The translations under genes were made by a program, and so were the position numbers. The notes beneath the pieces were generated by a model that saw only the letters and a program-made list of their open reading frames with translations, was not told where the DNA came from and did no database searches. From positions 1 to 41,151 of the forward strand of contig JAPDJF010000024.1 in assembly GCA_029259185.1 (NCBI GenBank): 41,151 nt of DNA. The letters are read 5' to 3'. This document shows, in pieces, positions 28,959 through 37,248 of the stretch. Within the stretch, counting starts at the first letter, position 1, and each line of letters begins with the position of its first letter. This DNA comes from Hadesarchaea archaeon. GTDB lineage: Archaea > Hadarchaeota > Hadarchaeia > Hadarchaeales > WYZ-LMO6.

Positions 28959-29855
28959 TCACTCGGTGGTGACCTCGCACCCCTCCTCCGTCACGATGAT
29001 GGTATTCTCGGCTTGGGCGACTTTTTTCCCAGATCGCTCGGCCAGCACGTGGTAGGGCCAGAGCGCCCCGACCTCTACGAGTTCCTTAAGGGTAAGCTTC
29101 AACCTCAGCTTAGACATGCGTTTGGCCAGCCACCTCTCCGCGAAGGGTAGACCGTTATACGTTCGTTTGATGTCCCTAAGCAATTCCCTCGTCATCCGAA
29201 GTCTCACTGGGCGGTCATGTAGATATCGGTAAATCAGGATCTCCCTCTTGTCCTCCACGTATCCCGCCCCACTCGTCACGAAGGGCTCGAGGGCTATGAC
29301 GTCTCCTACTTGGAGTTTCTGTCCGGTCTCTCCTCGGATGTTGGGTATGCTCAAGCCGGCGTGGAGCGTCCATCGGGCGAGGCTGTGCCCTGTGAGGTTC
29401 CGGATGGGTTTCAGGCCGGCTGCGGTAGCCGTTTCCTCGACGGCCCTTCCTATCTCCCCTATGTCCACCCCAGGTTTGACCACCTCGGTCGCCGCTTGGA
29501 GGGCTTTTTCCACCGTTTGCACTAGAAGCTCTCCCTCTTGGTCGGTAGCAACGCTGAACGCGGTATCCGCGATGTATCCATCGAGATGCGCCCCTATGTC
29601 GACCTTGACGAGATCTCCTTCTTGGATCACGGTATCTGCGTCCGCTGGGGGGGTGTAATGGGCTGCGATATCGTTTACGGAAACGTTACAGGGGAAAGCG
29701 GGCTTCACCCCCCTCTCCCTAATAAGAGATTCGGCGGTTTCAGCTATCCTCAGGATGGACTCTCCCGGCTTAACCATGGGGCGGATGGTTTCCCTGATCT
29801 CAGCGAGGATCTTCCCGACCTTTCTGTAGGCTTCAATCTCGGATTCCTGAGCCAT
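28959..29855 (-). CDS. map: Type II methionine aminopeptidase
   Basis: AFPCNVS, AAHYTP, KVDIGAHLDGYIADTA, NLTGH, ALEPF. Confidence 0.96.
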   Translation of the reverse strand: MAQESEIEAYRKVGKILAEIRETIRPMVKPGESILRIAETAESLIRERGVKPAFPCNVSVNDIAAHYTPPADADTVIQEGDLVKVDIGAHLDGYIADTAFSVATDQEGELLVQTVEKALQAATEVVKPGVDIGEIGRAVEETATAAGLKPIRNLTGHSLARWTLHAGLSIPNIRGETGQKLQVGDVIALEPFVTSGAGYVEDKREILIYRYLHDRPVRLRMTRELLRDIKRTYNGLPFAERWLAKRMSKLRLKLTLKELVEVGALWPYHVLAERSGKKVAQAENTIIVTEEGCEVTTE

Positions 29856-29905
29856 AACTCACCGGGAGTCGTTCATTCCTCATCGATAAAAGTTTTCTCC
29901 CGATC

Positions 29906-30403
29906 CTAATATCCGAGGGGGTGGAACGGTTCTCTCTTCTTCACCCGGACAAAGACCGTCACCAAGATGCCCGTTACCAAGAGGATCAGACCGAGTGCGG
30001 TGAGGAAAGGGCTCAGGCTCCTGGGGATCTCGTGGCCTGGAGATATGAGGGTGAGGGTTTCGGCGTGGATGTCCAAGTCGCCTCCGTGGTCGGGACAAGC
30101 CCGGTGGAAAACTCCGGTCACCTCTATGGTATCCCCGATGTGGGTGTAGTCTCCGACCACTGAGATCTTCTCCGCATCCTCGGCCGTGCACCACACACCT
30201 ATGGCGTACCCGTTCTCGAGTATGTTCACCCAAGCGTGATCACCTTTCACGAGTACCCCTATGACCTCCCCCCGCACCGTTACGATCTTTCCATCGAACG
30301 CATCAGAGTTCTCGAGAAGCCCCATGATGGATGTAGCCTTCACACAGGGGGCTAGGAACATGGTGATGATGAGTGAAATCAAGAGGATTTCTCTTCCCGC
30401 CAT
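29906..30403 (-). CDS. Exported OB-fold protein with C-terminal membrane anchor
   Basis: Signal-like N-terminus, FDGKIVTVRGEVIG...GDTIEVTGVFHRACPDHGGDLDIH, C-terminal TM helix; overlaps the trkH end. Confidence 0.7.
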   Translation of the reverse strand: MAGREILLISLIITMFLAPCVKATSIMGLLENSDAFDGKIVTVRGEVIGVLVKGDHAWVNILENGYAIGVWCTAEDAEKISVVGDYTHIGDTIEVTGVFHRACPDHGGDLDIHAETLTLISPGHEIPRSLSPFLTALGLILLVTGILVTVFVRVKKREPFHPLGY

Positions 30404-31911
30404 TCTTTTCCCCTCCATATTCCCAACGCCAACGCGGCTAGCAACACGAGCACCGTGATTACCTCAAGCCTTCCCATCCACATGAGGAGCATGTACGTTA
30501 TCTTGAGCCCGGTCGGCATGGAAGGTGAGGTGATGCCGGAGCTTAGCCCCACGTTACAAAGGGCCGAGGAAGTCTCGAACATCGATGCTTCCGTATCGTA
30601 TCCGTATCCCATCGTGATAAGGGTTCCGAGGGTGAAGAGGAGAAGGTATCCCGTAGCTATCATGGCGGCCCCTTTGATCACGGTATCGGTCAGAGGGGAA
30701 TCCTCTACGTGGTGGAATCTCCCCCTCACCACCGCCGATCTGGGTAGGAGAGCCCTCTTCACCTCCAAGAAGAAAGCTTTTATCAGGATGCCGACTCTGA
30801 GGGCCTTCACCCCCCCGGAAGTAGAGTTGGCGCACCCCCCCACGAGCATCGCGATCGAGATGATGATGATGGGTAGGGCAGGCCACATCAGCGCCAGCTG
30901 TGGTGAGGGTACCGTGGCGAATCCGGTGGTGGTGTGGGCTGAAACTAGCTGGAACACCCCCTTGCGGAAAACGGCTTCGGTGGAGGAATAGACGTTGGAC
31001 GAAAGGAGGCAGAACGAGATGAGGGTGCTCGCGAGCAGCAGGGTGAAGAAGAAAGTCCTCGTCTCTATGTTGTCGAGTATCTCCCTCCGCTTTCCTCGCA
31101 GGACCACGTAGTGGAGATTGAAGTTCAGAGCACCTATGATGGCCAGAACCATTCCCACGAGTTCGTACCACAGTCCGTGATAATAGAGCAGGTTTTGGGA
31201 GCGGGTGCTGAACCCTCCGGTGGCGTAGCCCGTCATCGAGTGGCAGAAACCGTCGAAGATGGAAGAGCGGAGGTCCAAGCCTTCGTGCAGTCCCGCGATC
31301 GCGAACATGATGGCCCCTATAAGGAGGAATGTTATCGCTATCCCGAATATCGTTCTGGAGGTCCGAACCACACTCGGCCTTATTCCTTCTTCCCTCGCTT
31401 CTCCCCTGAACGCGAGCACGCTGCTTATTTCGGTCCGGCCTAGGATCGTGAGCGAGACCACTATGATCCCTATACCATCTCCCACGAACTGCAGGAGATG
31501 GCGGTGGAAGTTCACGCTGTGGGCCATGTGATCTATATCCACGGCCACCGTGAGCCCCGTCCCCGTGAAGCCACTGAGGGACTCGAAATTAGCATCCAAG
31601 TATGAGCTAGTAGCATTCGCGAGCCAGAGGGGCGTGCTCGCGAGTACTGAGGCTAGCACCCAAGTCAGTGCGACGAGACATATGGCGTGTTTAAGCTCCA
31701 TGGGCTTCTTGGTGCATGTATAGAATATGAGCACGTTCCCGAGGATGAGCGTGACGCCCGAGGTGATGAGGAAGTATGGGATGGTGTCTATCTCCCCGTA
31801 GATCAGGGCCACCACCACGGGGATCGAGAAGAGAATGGCGAGGAAGTTGAATATCTTCCCCAAGTTGTATCCGATTATTTCAAAATCTTCCCGTCCGAGC
31901 TTGGGTATCAA
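30379..31911 (-). CDS. trkH: TrkH potassium uptake membrane protein
   Basis: Pore motifs FESLSGFTGTG, YATGGFS, HTTTGFA, LCNVGLS; GGCANSTSGGVK; MWMGRLE. Confidence 0.95.
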   Translation of the reverse strand: MIPKLGREDFEIIGYNLGKIFNFLAILFSIPVVVALIYGEIDTIPYFLITSGVTLILGNVLIFYTCTKKPMELKHAICLVALTWVLASVLASTPLWLANATSSYLDANFESLSGFTGTGLTVAVDIDHMAHSVNFHRHLLQFVGDGIGIIVVSLTILGRTEISSVLAFRGEAREEGIRPSVVRTSRTIFGIAITFLLIGAIMFAIAGLHEGLDLRSSIFDGFCHSMTGYATGGFSTRSQNLLYYHGLWYELVGMVLAIIGALNFNLHYVVLRGKRREILDNIETRTFFFTLLLASTLISFCLLSSNVYSSTEAVFRKGVFQLVSAHTTTGFATVPSPQLALMWPALPIIIISIAMLVGGCANSTSGGVKALRVGILIKAFFLEVKRALLPRSAVVRGRFHHVEDSPLTDTVIKGAAMIATGYLLLFTLGTLITMGYGYDTEASMFETSSALCNVGLSSGITSPSMPTGLKITYMLLMWMGRLEVITVLVLLAALALGIWRGKEWREEKSS

Positions 31912-31920
31912 GGCCGCACC

Positions 31921-32073
31921 TTAGATGGGGGATTTAGCTAGGGCTAGCAGGAAGCAGATCGTGATCGCGAGTAAAAGGAGGACGGAGGCGAGAATGAATT
32001 CGGTTAAGATCCCTGCTATGAAATTCAAGTTCTTCTTGAGGATCTCCCGAATGCTCGTCTTCCTGAAGGCCAT
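31921..32073 (-). CDS. 50-aa single-TM protein between trkA and trkH (below the ORF-track cutoff)
   Basis: MAFRKTSIREILKKNLNFIAGILTEFILASVLLLLAITICFLLALAKSPI; fills the gap 2 nt after the trkA stop and 9 nt before trkH. Confidence 0.7.
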   Translation of the reverse strand: MAFRKTSIREILKKNLNFIAGILTEFILASVLLLLAITICFLLALAKSPI

Positions 32074-32075
32074 CC

Positions 32076-32747
32076 TTACCTACCCGTGATCTGTTCAACG
32101 ACTTTTCCTATCGCGTCCTCCCTCCCCATTATCGCTATGACGTCTCCCGCTTCTAGGGTGGTATCCCCTCTTGGAACGACGAGTTCTCCCGCCCTGTAGA
32201 TCATCCCTATCACACACCCCTTCGGGATCGAGAGGTCGGCGAGCTTCTTGTGTACGACTCTGGATCCCTTGGGCACTTGAACCTCGGCCGCTCTAACGAG
32301 CGTGTTCGAGAGGAAGATCGAAGTGGTTCCGGGTAGGGTTATCGCATTCTCGAAGACCATGGAGGCAACGTGGGAGGGGCTAACGATGAGATCTATATTA
32401 AACCCCTGCACCATCTGGGCCCTTTCCAAGTCTTCGACCCGGGCCAGAACGAGTGGAACCTGGTACACGTTTTTGGCCAGCTGGGAAGCGACTATGTTCT
32501 CGTTGTCGTTACCCGTTGCGGCGACGAAGACGTCCGCTTCTTTGATCCTAGCCTCCTCGAGCATTTTCTTGTCGGTGGCATCTCCGCAGATGATGAGCGC
32601 GTTGAGCTCCTCGGCGAGCTTCTCACACACCTCAGAACTCTTCTCGATCAGCGTTACATCTTTTCCATGCTGGGTGAGCATCTTCGCGAGGTGGGATCCG
32701 ACCTTCCCACCGCCGGCTATGATTATGTATCTCGGTTTTTTGGTCAT
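32076..32747 (-). CDS. trkA: TrkA potassium uptake regulatory subunit (RCK N+C)
   Basis: IIAGGGKVG, ICGDAT, AATGNDNEN, PRGDTTLEAGD. Confidence 0.95.
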   Translation of the reverse strand: MTKKPRYIIIAGGGKVGSHLAKMLTQHGKDVTLIEKSSEVCEKLAEELNALIICGDATDKKMLEEARIKEADVFVAATGNDNENIVASQLAKNVYQVPLVLARVEDLERAQMVQGFNIDLIVSPSHVASMVFENAITLPGTTSIFLSNTLVRAAEVQVPKGSRVVHKKLADLSIPKGCVIGMIYRAGELVVPRGDTTLEAGDVIAIMGREDAIGKVVEQITGR

Positions 32748-32851
32748 CTTCCTAAATCTCTTCTTTTGGAGACCCCCTTTAAAAATTAGTCGGGGTGTCC
32801 ACCAAAACCCTGACGGAAAGATATTTGAGGCCCATTATAAAAAAGGAGTCG

Positions 32852-33265
32852 ATGGGCGAGATAGACGAGGAACTCTCAAAAATACGTGAGAAGAAGCTGA
32901 AGGAGTTGGAGCGCAGGCTCATGGGTGGGAAATCTAAGAGTTCACCAGCGGAGCCAGTTGAGGTGACGGAGAGGACATTCGATCAAGTGATCAGAAACAA
33001 CCCCCTGGTCGTGGTGGACTTCTGGGCCCAGTGGTGTCCGCCTTGCAGGATGATCTCCCCCATCGTTGAGGAGCTGGCTAGGAAGTATGCGGGGAAGGTG
33101 GTCTTCGGGAAGTTGAACGTAGACGAGAATCCATCGGTGGCGGCGAGGTATGGGATAATGAGCATCCCTACCATTCTCTACTTCAAGAACGGGGAGCTAA
33201 GGGACGAAATCGTAGGGGCGGTGCCCGCGGAGTTCATCGAGGAGAAGATAAAGAAGTTGCTTTAG
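32852..33265 (+). CDS. trxA: Thioredoxin
   Basis: DFWAQWCPPC, KLNVDENP, SIPT; ATG 32852 follows AGGAG. Confidence 0.95.
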   Translation: MGEIDEELSKIREKKLKELERRLMGGKSKSSPAEPVEVTERTFDQVIRNNPLVVVDFWAQWCPPCRMISPIVEELARKYAGKVVFGKLNVDENPSVAARYGIMSIPTILYFKNGELRDEIVGAVPAEFIEEKIKKLL

Positions 33266-33271
33266 GTTTTG

Positions 33272-34402
33272 CTAGAGGTGGAGCTCAACCACGTCCCCGT
33301 CGCGAAGCACGTAGTCTCGGGGTACGCGCTGGCCGGGGAATTGAGCGGATCCCCATACCCTGGCGGATCTCAGTTTTAGTTCAAAATCCCTGTGGATGGC
33401 TCTCGCGACGTGGAGGATCGTGGAGCCCTTCCGGAGGACCAAGGGTCGCTCAGACGGCTTTTCGTTCGGTCTCTTCGTGTACACCCGGATGAGTTCTAGG
33501 TTCTCAAAAATCTTCCTCTTGAGTTCCTCGATCGGTCCTATCGCACGGATGACTGGAAATGGACCTAACCTCTCCGGTTCACCCTCCGCTGAGTCGCATT
33601 TGGTGAGGATCACGAACGAGTGGCGATACACGAGCGACCCGTCGAGCACCTCTTCAAGATCCTCAATCGAAATCCTTCCCTCCACGGTGACGAGAGCGTT
33701 GTGTATCCTACGCTCACGTAGGACGCGCTTGATCTCCTCTTCTCCCCCCTCGATCAAGTTGGCACCTATCACATCGATTCCTCCTTCCTGTCTCTTCTGC
33801 ACGGATACCTTGGGAGGATCCCGGTTGAGCCTCACCCCCATAGCCTCGAGTTCCTCAACTAGGGTTCGCAGTTGGGGCTGCGGGTCGCTGGAGGCATCGA
33901 TGACGAGGGCGATCGCATCCGCGTTTCTCGCAACACTTAGGGGTTGGGTTCCGAGTCCCTTTCCCAGGCTCGATCCCTCGACCACGGCAGGAATTTCGAT
34001 GAGTTGAATCTGTACATCTTCGTATTCCATCATCCCTGGAACCGGCACACGGGTGGTGAAAGGGTAACTCGCCACTTCGGGTCGTGCGCTCGTGAGCATC
34101 CTGAGCAAGGTGGACTTACCCGAGTTCGGCAACCCGACGATTGCCACTTGCGCACATCCCTCCTTCTTTATAGCGAAGCCAGTCCCCCTTCCTCCTCTGG
34201 GTCTCGATCTCTCCCTTTCCTCGAGCTCCTTTCTCAGCTTCGCAAGCCTCCGCTTGAGTACCTTGAGGAGCTTCTCCGTTCCTTTGTGTTTGGGGGCTAT
34301 TCGAATCATTTCCTGCGTGGCCTCAATCCTCTCCTTGATCGTTTTTGCCTGTAGGTATCTCTGCTCGGCCTTAAAATACTCAGGAGGGAGGTTGGCCGGC
34401 AT
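33272..34402 (-). CDS. DRG-family (OBG) GTPase with TGS domain
   Basis: MPANLPPE, PKHKGTE, GLPNSGKST, YPFTT, ARVWG...LRDGDVVELH. Confidence 0.92.
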   Translation of the reverse strand: MPANLPPEYFKAEQRYLQAKTIKERIEATQEMIRIAPKHKGTEKLLKVLKRRLAKLRKELEERERSRPRGGRGTGFAIKKEGCAQVAIVGLPNSGKSTLLRMLTSARPEVASYPFTTRVPVPGMMEYEDVQIQLIEIPAVVEGSSLGKGLGTQPLSVARNADAIALVIDASSDPQPQLRTLVEELEAMGVRLNRDPPKVSVQKRQEGGIDVIGANLIEGGEEEIKRVLRERRIHNALVTVEGRISIEDLEEVLDGSLVYRHSFVILTKCDSAEGEPERLGPFPVIRAIGPIEELKRKIFENLELIRVYTKRPNEKPSERPLVLRKGSTILHVARAIHRDFELKLRSARVWGSAQFPGQRVPRDYVLRDGDVVELHL

Positions 34403-34430
34403 CAATCAAGATTCGGTGGGATGGTTAAAA

Positions 34431-35285
34431 TCATTCCCACGCAGCCCACTTCTCAAAAACTTTCTCCTGGGTTTCGAGGGCCCTAGATGGATTGAAATCT
34501 CTCCGCCTCCGCTCACTTTTGGTCGGGATGAATATGTCACTTTCTGGATTCTTGAATGGACATGCGGGGTAGTGGGGATGGGGTTCCCCCTTTCTCACTC
34601 CCGTCACCCCTGCCTCAGGACAGACCCCTGACATGAATCCCCTACACCCGACCAGCCCACGGAGGAGAGGTAGGTGTTTGAGGAGTTCGAAGTAGAGCTG
34701 GGCAGCGAGACACCTGAATTCGGGTGAGGTCCTGACGCAGAGCCGGAGGCCGAGGAGGTTGAGGAGGGAACGCAGGTTTATGGTCACGTGGTAAGTTCCA
34801 ACGGCCGAGCAGAACGGGAGGACGTACCTAGCGGATTCTCTCGGTATCCCACCGTCGAGCATCCTCTTGTACGACTCTATCCCCTGCATAACACTCTTCC
34901 AAAATTCTCTCTTCGGGGAAGAATCATCGTCGAGCCTGAGCAGATCCCAAGGCAGTATCACTTCGTAGGTTGGTTCCTCTTTGTCTATTCCCTCATCTAC
35001 CCTGACGTATCTCGTGGAGAAACCCGTGTGGCTTGCAATTCGATGCTCTAGGAATTCGGGAGCGATACCCTTCGACATTTTGATGTCGAACTTGATGATC
35101 ACGTGTTCTAGGGCGGATCCGTAATCGTTCCGAACGATCATCTTGAACACTTCTTCCCCCTTGAGCTGGGGTGGCACCCCTGATAGTCGTGCGGAGTAGA
35201 CCACTTCCTCCCATGCTTTCTCCCCGCCGAGCACTTGGAAGTTCCATATGGTGGGTTTAATAGTTTTTATCCTCTCCTCGCTCAT
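34431..35285 (-). CDS. thyX: Flavin-dependent thymidylate synthase ThyX-like protein
   Basis: SALEH, EHRIASHTGFSTRY, RESARYVLP, INLRSLLNLLGLRLC; start taken as ATG 35285. Confidence 0.82.
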   Translation of the reverse strand: MSEERIKTIKPTIWNFQVLGGEKAWEEVVYSARLSGVPPQLKGEEVFKMIVRNDYGSALEHVIIKFDIKMSKGIAPEFLEHRIASHTGFSTRYVRVDEGIDKEEPTYEVILPWDLLRLDDDSSPKREFWKSVMQGIESYKRMLDGGIPRESARYVLPFCSAVGTYHVTINLRSLLNLLGLRLCVRTSPEFRCLAAQLYFELLKHLPLLRGLVGCRGFMSGVCPEAGVTGVRKGEPHPHYPACPFKNPESDIFIPTKSERRRRDFNPSRALETQEKVFEKWAAWE

Positions 35286-35402
35286 CCAACGAATTCTACG
35301 GAAAATCTTATTAATCCTTGGGTAGGGGGTTCTACCCACGATGTGTACATCGAGATTGGGAGTAAAATATTTTTGGCCTCTAAATAACAGATTAGCGGTG
35401 AG

Positions 35403-35924
35403 ATGAAGGAGAGTCCGTACGAAAAGACGAAAGAGAAAGTGCACAACTTCCTGAGTGAGAAGTGGTCTGCGGCATTTGAGATGTGGTTGGAGTGCATAAT
35501 AGATCTCTCGAACATCTTGAGAGACTCGATTCCACCGGATCCGAAGACGGGAATTCCCGATGCTTTGGTCTACGAAGCAGGAGTCAGGTCTGGGAAAAGG
35601 ATATGCGGCTGGCTGTTCGATTACTTCTCACTCGGGAAGCTCGGAATCAAGGAGAGAACGTACTACACGGATGCGTTCTTCTCGATGAGTGGGATGGGTA
35701 CCATAGAGTTCTTGAAGGAGGAGGGTGGACGCGTGCTCAGGTTCAGAGGGGGGACGTACATAGCAAAGCACATGGGGAGAACGGGCAGGAAAACGTGTCA
35801 TTTCGTGGCAGGCTTCATCGCTGGAGCGACCAGTCGGATGGTTGGGAAGGAGTTCGTGGCGGAGGAGGTAAGGTGTTTCTCCGAAGGGAACGAGAACTGT
35901 GATTTCCTAGTAAAACCTCAGTAG
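35403..35924 (+). CDS. V4R (4-vinyl reductase) domain protein
   Basis: LVYEAG...G, GMG, CHFVAGFIAG, EEVRC...G...CDF. Confidence 0.85.
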   Translation: MKESPYEKTKEKVHNFLSEKWSAAFEMWLECIIDLSNILRDSIPPDPKTGIPDALVYEAGVRSGKRICGWLFDYFSLGKLGIKERTYYTDAFFSMSGMGTIEFLKEEGGRVLRFRGGTYIAKHMGRTGRKTCHFVAGFIAGATSRMVGKEFVAEEVRCFSEGNENCDFLVKPQ

Positions 35925-35981
35925 CGGTCTGGGCACGAAAATCGTCTCAAATTTTTTCCTTTTTAAACTGGCTACGGTTGA

Positions 35982-36069
35982 TGCGGCCGGCGGGATTCGA
36001 ACCCGCGCCACAGGCTCTCCTCCCGCTGGCTGGAGGGCCTGAGTCCTAACCAGGCTAGACTACGGCCGC
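35982..36069 (-). tRNA. tRNA-Gly(UCC) with a 14-nt intron at 37/38 (36017-36030) and C33
   Basis: Acceptor GCGGCCG/CGGCCGC-A, anticodon stem CAGGC/GCCTG, T arm GCGGG-TTCGAAT-CCCGC; bulge-helix-bulge with CCUC/GAGG central helix; CCA not encoded. Confidence 0.9.
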
Positions 36070-36165
36070 ACCAATAAATCACAAGGGGTTTAGCCGATTT
36101 AATTGCTTTCGGCGAGAAGGGCTTGTACCAAGAAAGATAAATAGGAATCGGTAAAACATGAGACG

Positions 36166-36378
36166 ATGTTGCCTGAGGGATACGCCGAGTACAGGAAAAG
36201 AGAATTTTGTCGGAGCGTCAAGTGTCCCATTCAGCTAGAGTTGGACAGCAAGGAACCGGGTTCGGAGGAGTATGAGGATGTGAGGCGAACGTGCAGGACG
36301 GGGTGTAGACACACCGCTTGGGAGTTTCACCACTGGCTCATGGAGAAAGGTTATTTAATCGTCAAGCCCGAGAGGTGA
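36166..36378 (+). CDS. Small Cys/His-rich hypothetical protein
   Basis: 70 aa with C-x4-C...C-x3-C-x-H...HH; ends 8 nt before the lsrF-like start. Confidence 0.7.
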   Translation: MLPEGYAEYRKREFCRSVKCPIQLELDSKEPGSEEYEDVRRTCRTGCRHTAWEFHHWLMEKGYLIVKPER

Positions 36379-36386
36379 AAGGAAGC

Positions 36387-37184
36387 ATGGATTGGGGAAT
36401 GAAGAATCGGCTCGCCCAACTCATTCAGAGGGATGGTAGGGCACTTTTCCTACCCATAGACCACGGATACTTCCAAGGCCCCACCCGCAGGCTAGAGAGA
36501 CCTGGAGAAACGATCAAGCCACTGCTTCCCTACGCGGATGCCATCATGCTCACCCGTGGGATCCTTCGATCCTGCGTGGATCCAGAGAACACCAAACCCA
36601 TTATCCTAAGGGTGTCCGGTGGAACCAGCGTAGTGGGGGAGGACCTTTCCCATGAGGGTATCGCTACTTCGGTCAAAGAGGCCATTCGTCTCAACGCGAG
36701 CGCGGTTTCCCTTTCGATCTTCGTGGGTAGCAAGTATGAGCACGATACGCTCTTGAACCTCGCTAGGCTCGTGGATGAGTGTGAGGACTACGGCATCCCT
36801 GTGATGGCGGTCACGGCAGTAGGCAAAGAGCTTGAGAAGCGAGAGGCCCGTTACTTGGCCCTCGCCTGCAGAATAGCAGCGGAACTCGGAGCGAGGGTGG
36901 TGAAAACCTATTACTGCAAGGAGGGTTTTGAGAAGGTGGTCGAGGGGTGTCCCGTTCCCATCGTCATGGCTGGAGGGCCGAAAGTGGACTCAGAGATGGA
37001 AGTCTTCGAGTTCGTTCATGATGGCATTCAAAAGGGTGCGATAGGTGTGAACTTGGGAAGGAACATCTGGCAACACGACCATCCGGTGGCAATGATCAAA
37101 GCCCTTCGGGCGATCATCCACGAGAACGCAACACCAAAGGAAGCCCATGAGCTGTTCATCGAGGCGAGGGGAAGCAGGAAGTAG
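36387..37184 (+). CDS. lsrF: LsrF-like thiolase / DhnA-type class I aldolase
   Basis: MDWGMKNRL, IDHGYFQGP, LACRIAAELGA, VKTYY, AGGPK, GRNIWQ; SD GAGGTGA upstream. Confidence 0.88.
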   Translation: MDWGMKNRLAQLIQRDGRALFLPIDHGYFQGPTRRLERPGETIKPLLPYADAIMLTRGILRSCVDPENTKPIILRVSGGTSVVGEDLSHEGIATSVKEAIRLNASAVSLSIFVGSKYEHDTLLNLARLVDECEDYGIPVMAVTAVGKELEKREARYLALACRIAAELGARVVKTYYCKEGFEKVVEGCPVPIVMAGGPKVDSEMEVFEFVHDGIQKGAIGVNLGRNIWQHDHPVAMIKALRAIIHENATPKEAHELFIEARGSRK

Positions 37185-37248
37185 AAACTCTAAGCGTGTG
37201 GGGATTGAACTTCAAAATCCTAAATAGGCTGGCGACCGAGCCATAGAT

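Noticed and set aside
36017-36040. Reading the tRNA as Trp (CU-CCA)
   Set aside because: Needs a shifted, mismatched anticodon stem and breaks the BHB; the GCG acceptor start, A73 and 4-nt variable loop fit Gly
35925-36165. tRNA as an integration site for the downstream sugar cluster
   Set aside because: No integrase or duplicated tRNA end in the window, and the cluster lies on the tRNA 5' side
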